Shown piece by piece: positions 19,048 to 29,210 of a stretch of 64,000 bases of DNA (position 1 is the stretch's first letter; each line of letters opens with the position of its first letter). The DNA is from Minisyncoccota bacterium (GTDB taxonomy: Bacteria > Patescibacteriota > Minisyncoccia > Phycocordibacterales > WO2-35-19): NCBI GenBank assembly GCA_036517255.1, contig DATDXE010000015.1, positions 14,568 through 78,567 on the forward strand, read 5' to 3'. The position numbers and the translations under genes were made by a program. The notes below the pieces were generated by a model, which was not told the DNA's origin, did no database searches, and saw only the letters and a list, made by a program, of their open reading frames with translations.

Positions 19048-20549
19048 TTTTTGTGGAAAATAAATTTACGATAGACAAAGAAATTGAAAATAGCGACGAT
19101 CACACCACAAACTATTTGAGCCAAAATATACCAAAGCAACAAAAGGCTGACAAAAATATACATGACGAGGGTGTTGAGCCCGATACCGATGAGACCAACC
19201 AGAATATACTTCATAAACTGCACATGAGTACCCTTAATCTCTGTGTTCTGAAATACCCAAAGTTTCTGCATAAGGAAACTGACAACAAAAGCGATGCAGA
19301 AAGAAACTATAGATGAAAGAAGATACCAAATACCTAACAGATCGGTAAAAATATAAAGAAAAAATATCTGAGTAAAAGCTGCTGTGCCCCCCCCAACAAG
19401 AAAACGCAGAATTTTATTACCTTCAAAAATAGCTCTGATAAAATTTTTCTTGTCTCCTTCAAGAGCTTTTATTACCGCTTCTTTATAACGAGCTAGGTAC
19501 TGATCCTGGGATATAATATGGCCGAGGGACCAATTCCTCGCCTCCCCCCCTACTTCTGATCTTAATTGTTCATCTCCAATTAATCTCTCTAAGTTTTTAG
19601 CAAAACACTCCACATTTTTAGGATTACAAACGAAAGCTCCTGCAATCTCTCTAGCTACCCCCGCATCAGATAAGACTAAAGCCAAGCCAGTAGAAGCAGC
19701 TTCTACAATAGACATCCCGTAACCCTCAAAAAGCGAGGTAGAAATATAAATATCAGCGCTAGCGTACAAACTAGGTAAATCTTTCACCCAACCAATAAAT
19801 TTTACTTTATCTTTTATATTCAAATCGACACATATTTTTTCCAAATTTTCGCGCTCACTACCTTCGCCAGCAATAGTAAAAACGGCTTCTGGATATTTTG
19901 CTGAAACTATTTTAAAAGCTTTCAGAGCTGTCTCCAAATCTTTCTCCTTCTCCAATCTACAAACAGTCAAAATATTTCTCCCCGTCTTTTCTAAATCTTT
20001 CCATCTTTCCTTATTTACTTCTTTCCTTTCTATCCTGATCGGCAACACCTCTACATTCTCATTAAAATCCTTCACACTCTCCCTCACCCTCTCGGAAACT
20101 ACCCGCACACTATCCGCATAAGGCAACACGATATGCGCCAAGAAAAATCTGATAAAATTCAAAGGCGAGGAAAGTAGAAAATATTTATTATTAAAATCGG
20201 TATGTAGCTGAACTTGAAGTGGAATTTTGTATTTGAATTTTAACAAAACACCCACGATACCGATTTCAAATGGATCTTGGGTAGTGAGTACACAATTTGT
20301 AGTTTGTAATTTGTAATTTGTAATTAATTTTCGAATTATTCTGAATGTATCAAACAAAGACGATGCTGAATAAGCATAAACATTTTCCGAAATATTTCTC
20401 TCAAAAGATTTTTCTCTGCGATTTATAATTACTAGATCTAACTTATCAAAAAGACGCCCGTATTCAACTTGCCTGTTTCTAACAGCTGAGCCTTCTTCAA
20501 ATATTTTACTATCCGTACCTATAGATATGACTTTTATATTTTTTGTCAT
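19044..20549 (-). CDS. GT4 glycosyltransferase fused to C-terminal GtrA-like 4-TM domain
   Basis: GT4 core (EGYGMSIVEAASTGLALVLSD), then FLVGGGTAAFTQ...VVSFLMQKLWVFQ, typical of GtrA-family flippase-like domains. Confidence 0.5.
   Translation of the reverse strand: MTKNIKVISIGTDSKIFEEGSAVRNRQVEYGRLFDKLDLVIINRREKSFERNISENVYAYSASSLFDTFRIIRKLITNYKLQTTNCVLTTQDPFEIGIVGVLLKFKYKIPLQVQLHTDFNNKYFLLSSPLNFIRFFLAHIVLPYADSVRVVSERVRESVKDFNENVEVLPIRIERKEVNKERWKDLEKTGRNILTVCRLEKEKDLETALKAFKIVSAKYPEAVFTIAGEGSERENLEKICVDLNIKDKVKFIGWVKDLPSLYASADIYISTSLFEGYGMSIVEAASTGLALVLSDAGVAREIAGAFVCNPKNVECFAKNLERLIGDEQLRSEVGGEARNWSLGHIISQDQYLARYKEAVIKALEGDKKNFIRAIFEGNKILRFLVGGGTAAFTQIFFLYIFTDLLGIWYLLSSIVSFCIAFVVSFLMQKLWVFQNTEIKGTHVQFMKYILVGLIGIGLNTLVMYIFVSLLLLWYILAQIVCGVIVAIFNFFVYRKFIFHKK
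20295..20324. repeat. Heptanucleotide tandem repeat (TTTGTAA/TTTGTAG) x4 inside the GT4-GtrA CDS
   Basis: tttgtag tttgtaa tttgtaa tttgtaa; the unit length is not a multiple of 3. Confidence 0.6.
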
Positions 20550-21547
20550 ATTTTTTGGTAAGTAGCCAAGAACTCTACTGCTATCTCATCCCAAGTATGT
20601 ACGAAATTAAAATTCCTGACTTTTTCTTTGGCTCTCTTATATCCTTCTTCTGTTAGCATTTCACGGATAGCTCCCTCTATCTCCTCCTCATTGTCCGGAT
20701 CGATAAAAACACCTGCTTCTTTGATCCTCTCATAAATCCCAACCTCCCTAGTACAAATGAAGGGCCTATTATGCCTTATGCTGTCCAAAATCATATTGGG
20801 GCTGATATCACCAAGAGAAACTAGAATTACGGCATAAGCACTTTTCATTTTTTGCATTAAATCTTTGAAGGGCAAACTATCCATAAAAAGTTGTGCCTCT
20901 GGTATTTTATTAAATATTTTCTTCAATATATCTAAGTTTTTCCAAATCAACTTCCTAGTTGAAGCGACAAACTCTCTCGAACTTGGCTCCAAATCCCCTT
21001 CTTTGGGCCCATAAAAATTCTCCACAATAGAAGTTTTGCTCCTATCCATACCGTAAGCTTTTACAAAAATATCTCTCTGCCAATCAGTAGAAAATATAGT
21101 ATGAGTGACATTTTGCAGTGTCCACCTAGTCAAACTAAAAACTATTTTTTCTTTAGCAGAGAAAAACGATTTTTCAGTGTCGTAGAATTTTCTAAGCAAT
21201 ACTTTTTTAGATGTTCTTTCCACATAACCCTCCCAAAGGAAATCTCCACCGGTCCTTATCATTGATTTTTTACCAAAAATTTTACAGGCGAGAACGGCAG
21301 GTAATCCGACACTGAAAGTGTCTAGTACAAAAATCATATCAGACGATAAGACTGCTGGAATAATTTTAAATAAAAAAAATAAATGTCTCACCCCAGACGG
21401 TAAATAATCTTCTACCCCATAAGTTTTTACGATAACCTCATGCCCCAATTTCTCAAAAGAATCCTTCAAATTCTTGGCATACTGGGCAGGACCACCGACT
21501 TTCGGTGGATAAATGCCTGTAGCGATGAGAATTTTAGAGCTTGCCAT
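20546..21547 (-). CDS. GT4-like glycosyltransferase
   Basis: N-terminal ILIATGIYPPKVGGPAQYAKNL, typical of the GT-B N-domain. Confidence 0.5.
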   Translation of the reverse strand: MASSKILIATGIYPPKVGGPAQYAKNLKDSFEKLGHEVIVKTYGVEDYLPSGVRHLFFLFKIIPAVLSSDMIFVLDTFSVGLPAVLACKIFGKKSMIRTGGDFLWEGYVERTSKKVLLRKFYDTEKSFFSAKEKIVFSLTRWTLQNVTHTIFSTDWQRDIFVKAYGMDRSKTSIVENFYGPKEGDLEPSSREFVASTRKLIWKNLDILKKIFNKIPEAQLFMDSLPFKDLMQKMKSAYAVILVSLGDISPNMILDSIRHNRPFICTREVGIYERIKEAGVFIDPDNEEEIEGAIREMLTEEGYKRAKEKVRNFNFVHTWDEIAVEFLATYQKI

Positions 21548-22490
21548 GAATTTTCTCTTTATACCATTCTACTTCTTTCTTCAGCCCCTCTGCTAAAGAA
21601 ATCTTCGGATTATAACCAAGCAAATCCTTTGCCTTCGTGATATTGGCTGCTGTCTCAAGTTGGTCACCAGGCCTTTTTGGTAACATATTAAACTTAGCCT
21701 TTTTACCAAAAATCTCTTCTATAATAAGAATCCCCTCTCCAGTAGTGTTAGTTGTATCATTGCCAAGATTTATAATCTCACCTTTAACTTTTTCAAAATT
21801 TTGAAGAACTAGAATACAACCGTCCACGATATCTCCAACATAAGTGTAACTCCTCACATGGTCTTTTGCTCCCTCATATAAAGTGAATTCTTTATCCTCA
21901 CACATTGCCTTCGTGAGCTTGTGGAATAATTTCTCCGGTCTTTCTCTTTCTCCATAAACAGAAAAAAAACGTAAAGAAACTGCCGGAAAACCTTTTTCTC
22001 TAGCAAGAGCTAAAACTATTTGTTCAGATGCGAGTTTAGTCACTCCATAATGGGAAGTTGGCTTAGGCTCTGACTTCTCGTCACCTTGAGCATGCTTACC
22101 ATAAACAGAAGAAGTGGAAGCATAGATGAAACCTTTCAGGGTGGGAATGTTTCTAGCGTGTTCAAGAAGTTTGTGAGTAGCAATAATATTATTATTCAAA
22201 TAATCTTCAAATGGAGTGGTAGCCGAAATACCAGGTTGGGCGGCCAAGTGGAAAATAAAATCTGTACCTGTGAGTAGATGGCTTATATCATCCACGGCTA
22301 GATCCAAGAAATGCACCCTGCCTCCAGCAAGCTCCACATCTGCCACATTGATCCTTTTGATAGCGGGGTCGTAATAGGAGGTTAATGCATCCACCCCCAC
22401 CACCTCATGCTCCAAAGCCAAAATCCTCTCGCATAAATGCGACCCAATCGCCCCCGCCGCCCCTGTGACTATGATCTTCATCCTCCTCAT
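21534..22490 (-). CDS. NAD-dependent epimerase/dehydratase (UDP-sugar 4-epimerase / decarboxylase-like SDR)
   Basis: IIVTGAAGAIGSHL; STSSVYG...YxxxK (YGVTKLASE). Confidence 0.7.
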   Translation of the reverse strand: MRRMKIIVTGAAGAIGSHLCERILALEHEVVGVDALTSYYDPAIKRINVADVELAGGRVHFLDLAVDDISHLLTGTDFIFHLAAQPGISATTPFEDYLNNNIIATHKLLEHARNIPTLKGFIYASTSSVYGKHAQGDEKSEPKPTSHYGVTKLASEQIVLALAREKGFPAVSLRFFSVYGERERPEKLFHKLTKAMCEDKEFTLYEGAKDHVRSYTYVGDIVDGCILVLQNFEKVKGEIINLGNDTTNTTGEGILIIEEIFGKKAKFNMLPKRPGDQLETAANITKAKDLLGYNPKISLAEGLKKEVEWYKEKIHGKL

Positions 22491-22564
22491 AATGCCACAC
22501 TTTCCTCTTATTTTTTACTTGACAAAGGATATATTACATGATAATCTGATCACGGAGGTGCAAA

Positions 22565-23167
22565 TTGGACAGACCAATCATCGTTTTTGCATGTGACCTC
22601 ACTGAAGGGGGTTGCGAGTTAGGTCCAGAAACCAAAGCTCGTTGCGACGTCGCGACCCAACGAGTTCAAGAGTACAAAAATCGAAGGGAAAAGGGATTTT
22701 TAATCGTCAGTGCTGGCATGAGTGACAAAAGAAAGTACCCTCAACAAGAAAAACTTATGTCAGTCATGATGAGAGACTACCTTGTCTCAATCGGCGTTCC
22801 GTCTGAACAAGTTATCCTCGGTAAACCCGTGTGGGGAAGCCGGGGAGAACTCCAGGAAGCCCTGCGAATAATCCTGGGACGACAAATGTACATTTTCCAT
22901 CCAGCTATCATTTGGAAAGATGGGCGAGGTATAGTGAGAGATGGAGAAGATTTTTGTTTAGGAAGTTGGAGCGAATACCATATAGACATGGTATCTGGCT
23001 GGTACCACAAATGGAGACTCATCTATCTATCAAGAAAAGTCAGAAAGATGATACCTCTATCTCGTCGTAAAGATAAATGGCATATCCAATTCCTAGCAAC
23101 CAAAGGAAGTTTCAAGAGTTTTCTATGGGAACTAATCAAGCTTCCTACGGCTTTAGTTAGAAGATGA
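22565..23167 (+). CDS. DUF218 (YdcF/SanA-like) domain protein; TTG start
   Basis: QEKLMSVMMRDYLVSIGVPSEQVIL...S(R)GE..EA matches the DUF218 core. A TTGACA-17-TAATCT promoter and GGAGG SD lie upstream. Its GC content is moderately elevated. Confidence 0.4.
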   Translation: MDRPIIVFACDLTEGGCELGPETKARCDVATQRVQEYKNRREKGFLIVSAGMSDKRKYPQQEKLMSVMMRDYLVSIGVPSEQVILGKPVWGSRGELQEALRIILGRQMYIFHPAIIWKDGRGIVRDGEDFCLGSWSEYHIDMVSGWYHKWRLIYLSRKVRKMIPLSRRKDKWHIQFLATKGSFKSFLWELIKLPTALVRR

Positions 23168-23204
23168 TCTCTCCCGTTTTACCAGACGCGCTCGTAAGAG
23201 CGCG

Positions 23205-24827
23205 TCATTTTTTTACCACCAAAACCAAATAGCCGGAGAATTTTTGGTGCCAGGGTTTGATGGAGAGAATATTGTCCAGGTTTTCGATTTTGTGGGCGAA
23301 CCATTGGCCAAATTTGGGAGAGATTTTGTAAGCTAGTCTGGTAGAAGCAAATAAGACGCCTCCGGTATGAATATTATTGTTATTTATATTTAATTTTGAT
23401 GTGAAAAATTTCCTAATAGAATCAGGGGTCCTGAAATCGCAATAGTTGGGCAATTCTTTGATACCAAGTTTCTCTAGCAAAGCAAAAAACTTGTATTTAA
23501 TATAAAAACCATCGAGAGCATATTTATTGACGAGAGTGACTACCAACTTCCCTCCCGGCTTCAAAACTCGCAAACACTCCCGATAGCCTTGTATTTGCTC
23601 CTCTAAATTCAGGTATCTGAAAACTTCGATAGCAAAAACTGTATCGAAAGAATTGTCGGCAAAGGGCAAGCTACTCAAACTGGCATTTTGAAAATTAATA
23701 CCCGGATAATTATTTTGGGAATACTCTCGCATACCTTCTGCTGGCTCTACAGCTGAAACAGCAAAACTTTTTTGCTCAAGTAAATTAGAAAAATAACCGG
23801 TACCCGAACCGACATCCAACACCTTATCCCCCACCTTCAAATTCTTATCTATAAAAGAAAGAAGAAATTCAAAAAGCTTCTTCCTGTCGTAAGTGAAAGC
23901 GCTAGCATAAGGATTCTTTTCATATACCTTATAACGATCAGCAAAAACAGAGGCATTGTCATGATGCGAGGAGACCGCTTTATTTTCCCCCTTTTCGCTT
24001 TCTTTAAATTCAGTAGCTATTTCATTCATCGTCATAATTTTAATATTTAGTGATTTGGCTGTCTTTAGTATTTCTTCTAAAATCCTAAACTGGTTATCAG
24101 TATCATAGGCAAAATTGGAAGGATGGAACCAGAGGTGAAATATTTTTTTATTTTTTTCTGCTGATTTTAATGAGTTCTTAGCTTTCTTGATAATAAAATT
24201 CGAAGGAATCAGTTTCCTTAAGCCATTACGCCCAATAAGTAACATGCCCCCAGGGATAGACATTAAACCAGATGAGTGTACCTCCGGCAACCCAGAAACT
24301 GCCCCAAGCCAAAAGTAAGAAAGGAAGTGTGTAAGCCTAGAAGGGTGCTCGTTGTGCCTAAAAGATGTGATGCCTGCTTCCCGGAGCTCTCTGTAATACC
24401 CTTCCGAATTACGCGGGAATACAAAAGATTTGAAAGTTAGGTTATTTCTTTGATGTATTTCTTGAGCTTTAGTTATATCCTCCCTCACAACCTCCTCACT
24501 ATTTTCACCATAAATTATGTGTGAATATGAGTGGCTACCTATTTCATGACCTGCTTTGGAATTTTTAATAAGAGGTATTAAATTTTCCGTATCGTGCCAC
24601 AATAAGTCATCACCAGGTTCCAAAAGTTTACCCACGATAGCCCAAGTCACCGGGACATCATACTTCTCAAACAAATTAATTAACTTCCTCGTAATTTCTA
24701 CTTCTTTTTTAATATCTTCTTTTTGGCTTGCAGAAATATCCTTATCGACATAGCCCCAAGCAAATTCAAAGTCAATGCTGATAGTAAATATGCCCTCTTT
24801 CATAATCATTTTATTATATCTTTGCAA
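23205..24827 (-). CDS. Fusion: polysaccharide deacetylase (CE4) N-domain + class I SAM methyltransferase C-domain
   Basis: N-terminal FTISIDFEFAWGY...HSYSH (CE4 His motifs); C-terminal VLDVGSGTGYFS MTase motif I. Confidence 0.5.
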   Translation of the reverse strand: MQRYNKMIMKEGIFTISIDFEFAWGYVDKDISASQKEDIKKEVEITRKLINLFEKYDVPVTWAIVGKLLEPGDDLLWHDTENLIPLIKNSKAGHEIGSHSYSHIIYGENSEEVVREDITKAQEIHQRNNLTFKSFVFPRNSEGYYRELREAGITSFRHNEHPSRLTHFLSYFWLGAVSGLPEVHSSGLMSIPGGMLLIGRNGLRKLIPSNFIIKKAKNSLKSAEKNKKIFHLWFHPSNFAYDTDNQFRILEEILKTAKSLNIKIMTMNEIATEFKESEKGENKAVSSHHDNASVFADRYKVYEKNPYASAFTYDRKKLFEFLLSFIDKNLKVGDKVLDVGSGTGYFSNLLEQKSFAVSAVEPAEGMREYSQNNYPGINFQNASLSSLPFADNSFDTVFAIEVFRYLNLEEQIQGYRECLRVLKPGGKLVVTLVNKYALDGFYIKYKFFALLEKLGIKELPNYCDFRTPDSIRKFFTSKLNINNNNIHTGGVLFASTRLAYKISPKFGQWFAHKIENLDNILSIKPWHQKFSGYLVLVVKK

Positions 24828-26013
24828 AAATCTTCTGCCCCATATCTACCGCGATATTATTCCAATCATATTTTTCTACCACCATTTTGTAAGCATTCTC
24901 TATAACTTGGTTTTTATTCGGATCGGAAACACAGCGATTGACTGCTACAACTATACTCTCTGGATCTTCTGGTTTACAAAAGTATCCAGTCTCCCCATCT
25001 CTCAAAAAATCCACGATCCCCCCTACTGGCGTAGCAATAACTGGCAACCTTGCCGCCATAGCCTCTAGAAATGAGTTGCCCATACCCTCTGAAAGAGAAG
25101 GACGAATGAAAATATCGGAGGCTTTCAAATACCCAGGCAAATCATCATGGCTGACAAAACCCATAAATTTAACTCTGGATTCCAAATTTAATTTCTGCAC
25201 TAATTTTTTCAATTCATTCTCCAATTCTCCAATACCAAAAATAATAAACTTAATATTATCGGAAAGGTTGGCCAAAGCTTTTATTACATCCACCACTCCA
25301 TTCTTCACATTCAACCTCGAGCTTGTAATTAAAACCACATCATCTTCTTTGAATCCCCAATCTTTTCTTATTTTAATCTTTCCATCTTTCCATATTTCCA
25401 TATCAAATTTTCCCAAATCTACCCCATTTGGAATTAAATATGCTTCTCCTCTAAAGCCAAAAGTCTTAGCTCTATCTAATAAGTAATTACTGATAGCTAC
25501 TAAAAAATCAGCTTTTTTTAGAGTCAATCTCCATGATAAATCAATAAGCCCTGCCCATTTATATTTCAAATGCTCTTCTGAATCGCCTTCTTGCAAAGAA
25601 AGAATAAAGGACACTCTAGGATTAAAAATTTTAAAGAAATAAGCAGAGTAGCCAGCATAATTGGCCATAAGAGACCAAGTAGCATGAAAAGAATATTTTT
25701 TATGTAGGGAGTTAGCCTTAAAGAAGGCCGAGACAGGATAAAGTAGTTTATTTATAAACAAAACAAATCTATGGTAACTTACCACGTCTTGTTTAAAGAT
25801 AGGAAAACCGATCCTATGCAATACGACATTGCCAAATTTTTCCTCTTTTTTATCGAGAGATGAACGAGAAAGAGTAATCATATGGAACTCGGTAACTTCA
25901 GGATTTATACGGTCAGCAATTTCTTTCACGGCAGCCTCAGCCCCACCTACATAATGAGGATAATAGACGAGTGAAAATATGAGTATTTTTCGAGTGTTTG
26001 GCACAAGAAACAT
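24814..26013 (-). CDS. Glycosyltransferase family 4
   Basis: GT-B; C-terminal SLSEGMGNSFLEAMAARLPVIATPVGG. Confidence 0.6.
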   Translation of the reverse strand: MFLVPNTRKILIFSLVYYPHYVGGAEAAVKEIADRINPEVTEFHMITLSRSSLDKKEEKFGNVVLHRIGFPIFKQDVVSYHRFVLFINKLLYPVSAFFKANSLHKKYSFHATWSLMANYAGYSAYFFKIFNPRVSFILSLQEGDSEEHLKYKWAGLIDLSWRLTLKKADFLVAISNYLLDRAKTFGFRGEAYLIPNGVDLGKFDMEIWKDGKIKIRKDWGFKEDDVVLITSSRLNVKNGVVDVIKALANLSDNIKFIIFGIGELENELKKLVQKLNLESRVKFMGFVSHDDLPGYLKASDIFIRPSLSEGMGNSFLEAMAARLPVIATPVGGIVDFLRDGETGYFCKPEDPESIVVAVNRCVSDPNKNQVIENAYKMVVEKYDWNNIAVDMGQKIFAKI

Positions 26014-26022
26014 CCTAACAAA

Positions 26023-27759
26023 TTATGAGCCCCTGAGCACCCCCCTCAAAACATCTTCTGGGACTTCATTTACTTTTGGTTTTGGTGGAGAAGGAAGTGG
26101 TATCTCTTTTTTCTGTTCTAGCGGCTTAACAAAATTTGCTGTGTTTATCGCTGTATTTTTTGGAACAACCTGAAGTTTAGAGAGGGCCTCTTTCAGAGCG
26201 TTCATATTTTTCTCCGTAGGCCCCTTATCTTTTCTTCTATTGTCTTGATTTAATGTATTAAGAGAAATTGTTTCTTTTTTGGGCTCTACTTTTGCTTCGA
26301 CCTTTATTTGTGGTCGTGGGATTTCAATTCTTGGTTCTATTTTTACATTTCTATATTCCTGCCTTCTTCCTTCATTTTCCTTCCTGACTCCCGCCTTACC
26401 GTCGGATAAATCGGGTTTCGGGTTTCTAGCTTCCTCCTTTACTGGGGCATACCATTCATTAATCACTCTTTCCACTTCTTCCTTCGGATGAGCATACGTC
26501 GCTCGTGATTCTGCCACCACTTCTTTCCTGTACGAAATCTCCGGCTTTGGAATAGGAGCCATACCTAAAGCAGAAAAAGGTTGGGAAGGCACTCCGTCGA
26601 TCATAAGCTTCAGGTACATTTGGTACTTTCCAAGATTGACCATGTCCTCAGCGATAAACACAGGAGCAAATTCCTTTTCCAAAACATCGGCATCAAAAGA
26701 GCCGACTCTGAAAGCAATCATAGTGCCTACGTTACCGAACACAGCAGCCCTCACTTCCTCGGCCATTTGTTCGATATATTGGTGAGCTATATTAAGAGCG
26801 AGTTTATATTTACGCGCCTCGGAAAGAATGTCGGCAAAACTTTTGTTAGCAAAGGATTGAAATTCATCCACATACAAATAAAAATTCGGAAGCTTCCCAA
26901 GCTCGGCTTCCGTAACATCGGAACGCGACATAGCAGAGAGATAAATTTTAGTCACCAACATCGAACCGAGCAAGTTAGCGTTACTTTCTCCGACCAAGCC
27001 CTTCGATAAGTTGACGATCAGGATTTTCTTTTCGTCCATGATTTTACGCATATCAAACGAAGATTTCGGTTGACCAATGATATTCCTGATCAAGGGATTG
27101 GAGGTAAATTGACCAATTTTGTTTTGGATCGCAGGAGTAGCTTCCGCGGCAAAACGTTCGGTATACGAAGCAAATTCCTTGGTCCAATATGTTTTTACTG
27201 AAGAATCGGTAACATTATCGACCACTTTCTGTCGATAGACTTTTTCGGTAAGCATCCTGTTGATACCAAGCATGGTAGCACCTGGATACTCAAGCAGAGC
27301 GAGGATGGTATTTTGCAAAATATATTGCATTCGGTCCGAAAAACTTTCTTCACCGAAAAGTTTTTCAAAGGCACTCATAAGGCCAGAAAGTACTAAGTGC
27401 CTTCGCATTGGCCCCACGTCCTCCATTACGTTAAAAGATATGGGGTATTCGGTATCAAACGGCGCAAAATAAATTACATCTTTTATTCGGTGTTCGGGAA
27501 TGTAGTCGAGTAAAAGATCAGCCGTCTTGCCGTGAGGATCGATAAAAGCCACCCCTTCCCCATTCTGAATGTCTTGAATAACCAAATTCTCGAGAAGGGT
27601 CGATTTACCCATGCCTGTTTTACCAATGGTATATAAGTGGCGCAGTCTATCTTTCGATTTTATACCGAAAGCCAGGCGTTTGTTGCGCGAATCCGTCTCA
27701 GCAAAATAAGTAACTTTGTCATCAGGAGGCATAATACAATTATACAATCTGACGACCAA
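26023..27759 (-). CDS. VirD4/TraG/TrwB-like (type IV coupling protein family) ATPase, soluble, with K/P/E-rich low-complexity C-tail
   Basis: Walker A GKTGMGKST; Walker B YLYVDEFQSF; IAHQ motif. No N-terminal TM helices are visible. Confidence 0.5.
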   Translation of the reverse strand: MVVRLYNCIMPPDDKVTYFAETDSRNKRLAFGIKSKDRLRHLYTIGKTGMGKSTLLENLVIQDIQNGEGVAFIDPHGKTADLLLDYIPEHRIKDVIYFAPFDTEYPISFNVMEDVGPMRRHLVLSGLMSAFEKLFGEESFSDRMQYILQNTILALLEYPGATMLGINRMLTEKVYRQKVVDNVTDSSVKTYWTKEFASYTERFAAEATPAIQNKIGQFTSNPLIRNIIGQPKSSFDMRKIMDEKKILIVNLSKGLVGESNANLLGSMLVTKIYLSAMSRSDVTEAELGKLPNFYLYVDEFQSFANKSFADILSEARKYKLALNIAHQYIEQMAEEVRAAVFGNVGTMIAFRVGSFDADVLEKEFAPVFIAEDMVNLGKYQMYLKLMIDGVPSQPFSALGMAPIPKPEISYRKEVVAESRATYAHPKEEVERVINEWYAPVKEEARNPKPDLSDGKAGVRKENEGRRQEYRNVKIEPRIEIPRPQIKVEAKVEPKKETISLNTLNQDNRRKDKGPTEKNMNALKEALSKLQVVPKNTAINTANFVKPLEQKKEIPLPSPPKPKVNEVPEDVLRGVLRGS

Positions 27760-27780
27760 TTATTCTAATTTCTAATTACC

Positions 27781-28923
27781 CTAATTTTTCAATAACGCAG
27801 CTTCTGTATATTTGTTCGCCGGATCCCACAGCATCCAAGAGGTAAGACCGGCATCGTAAGTGCCTTGAATTTGAGCCCGCACCATTTCGGCAGTGTAAGG
27901 AATCGGATAATCATTGTCCTGGAGCCATGGACGAAGCTGTTCTTTTTTTATATTAAAATTTTGAGTAGTGGAGGCTAGGAGTTCAGTTTTTGTAACAGCA
28001 CTCTGCATGACATACTTTATAAGTTCATAAGGTACTTTGTTTGGGTCAGGCCAGCCATTAAAGTGAGCTGGGTAATGTGAAGGATAGACCATGGGAGAAA
28101 TGTAATCGAAATAAGGCAGAGCATTTTCAAGTACCTGACCTATGCCCAAATCATCACTGTTTGTAGTCACCATCCCAAATAAATCTACTGAAGTTTTTAT
28201 CTCAACACCTTCCAGACTTTTATCTAAATGTTGGAAAAATTGTTTAAGCATCAAAGGCTTGGTAGTACTACCAGTATGAGTGAACGCAATATCGTTCATG
28301 TTACCGTCGGAAGGAAAACGAATGTAGTCAAAATTTATTTCATCAAAACCAATTTTTTCCGATTCTTTGGAAATTTCAACAATATAATTCCAATACTCTT
28401 TCGCTCCAACATCGATAAAAGAGAGTCCTTTCCTATCCTTCCACACCCCACCATCACTTTTCCTTTTGACTGCAAGTTCGGGATGCAACTTAGCATAAAG
28501 AGGATCCTGGAAAACTGCCACCCTACCGATGACATATATTCCTCTATCGTGTAAATCTTGAATAAATTCAAGCATGTCAGAAACCCTACAGCCCTCCCCT
28601 TTAGGCCCCAGATCACCAAAAGAAACAGTGCCCGTGTAATCCTTGATGTCGACTACCACAGAATTGAGTTCCGTCACATCTATCAAATCAGCTATTTTGT
28701 TTCGCCAATCACGAAGGCTGGCTACACAAGATGTCATGTAGATTGCCTTGAGTGGCTCCGGTGTGGAAATGTGAATTATCTTAGGAACAGTTTGGCCTGT
28801 AGAAAGAGTCGTAGAACTATCGCTACTTGAATATTTCACCGGGAGAGATAAACCAAAAACAGCAACAAAAAAAGCTAAAATTATGGCTCCTAGAAAAATG
28901 TAGGAGAAAAATTTCCTCTTCAT
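27781..28923 (-). CDS. Secreted/membrane-anchored hypothetical protein, possible TIM-barrel glycoside-hydrolase-like
   Basis: N-terminal TM/signal; composition and length resemble the DUF4015/GHL family. Weak call. Confidence 0.3.
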   Translation of the reverse strand: MKRKFFSYIFLGAIILAFFVAVFGLSLPVKYSSSDSSTTLSTGQTVPKIIHISTPEPLKAIYMTSCVASLRDWRNKIADLIDVTELNSVVVDIKDYTGTVSFGDLGPKGEGCRVSDMLEFIQDLHDRGIYVIGRVAVFQDPLYAKLHPELAVKRKSDGGVWKDRKGLSFIDVGAKEYWNYIVEISKESEKIGFDEINFDYIRFPSDGNMNDIAFTHTGSTTKPLMLKQFFQHLDKSLEGVEIKTSVDLFGMVTTNSDDLGIGQVLENALPYFDYISPMVYPSHYPAHFNGWPDPNKVPYELIKYVMQSAVTKTELLASTTQNFNIKKEQLRPWLQDNDYPIPYTAEMVRAQIQGTYDAGLTSWMLWDPANKYTEAALLKN

Positions 28924-29139
28924 TTAACTTTTGTCCTCTGAATAATTTTCTCCGATATTTCGGGCCACATAGAGCGCACTAAAATAGCGAGGCCTAAGAG
29001 AGACACGACAATGTGACGCATATTTCCAGGTATACCAAGGAATGGAATAACAAAGATAAGCAGGCCAGTTATAGGGTAAAACCTTTTCATTGCACACAGT
29101 ATAATTTCTAAATGACAAAAGGTAAAGCTTTTAAAGTTG

Positions 29140-29167
29140 TTGACTTAAAGAACTACGGCATTATAGT
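29140..29167 (+). promoter_or_regulatory. Sigma70-like promoter TTGACT-16-TATAGT
   Basis: Located inside the longer ORF alternative. It fits a start at ATG 29211, which has an AAAGGA SD. Confidence 0.35.
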
Positions 29168-29210
29168 ACAGAAAGAACGATTACACATTCTAGAGAAAGG
29201 AATAGGTCGA

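Noticed and set aside
28924-29118. 64-aa ORF on the minus strand
   Set aside because: No SD and an odd composition. It overlaps the promoter region of the GC-rich cassette 3, so it is likely spurious.
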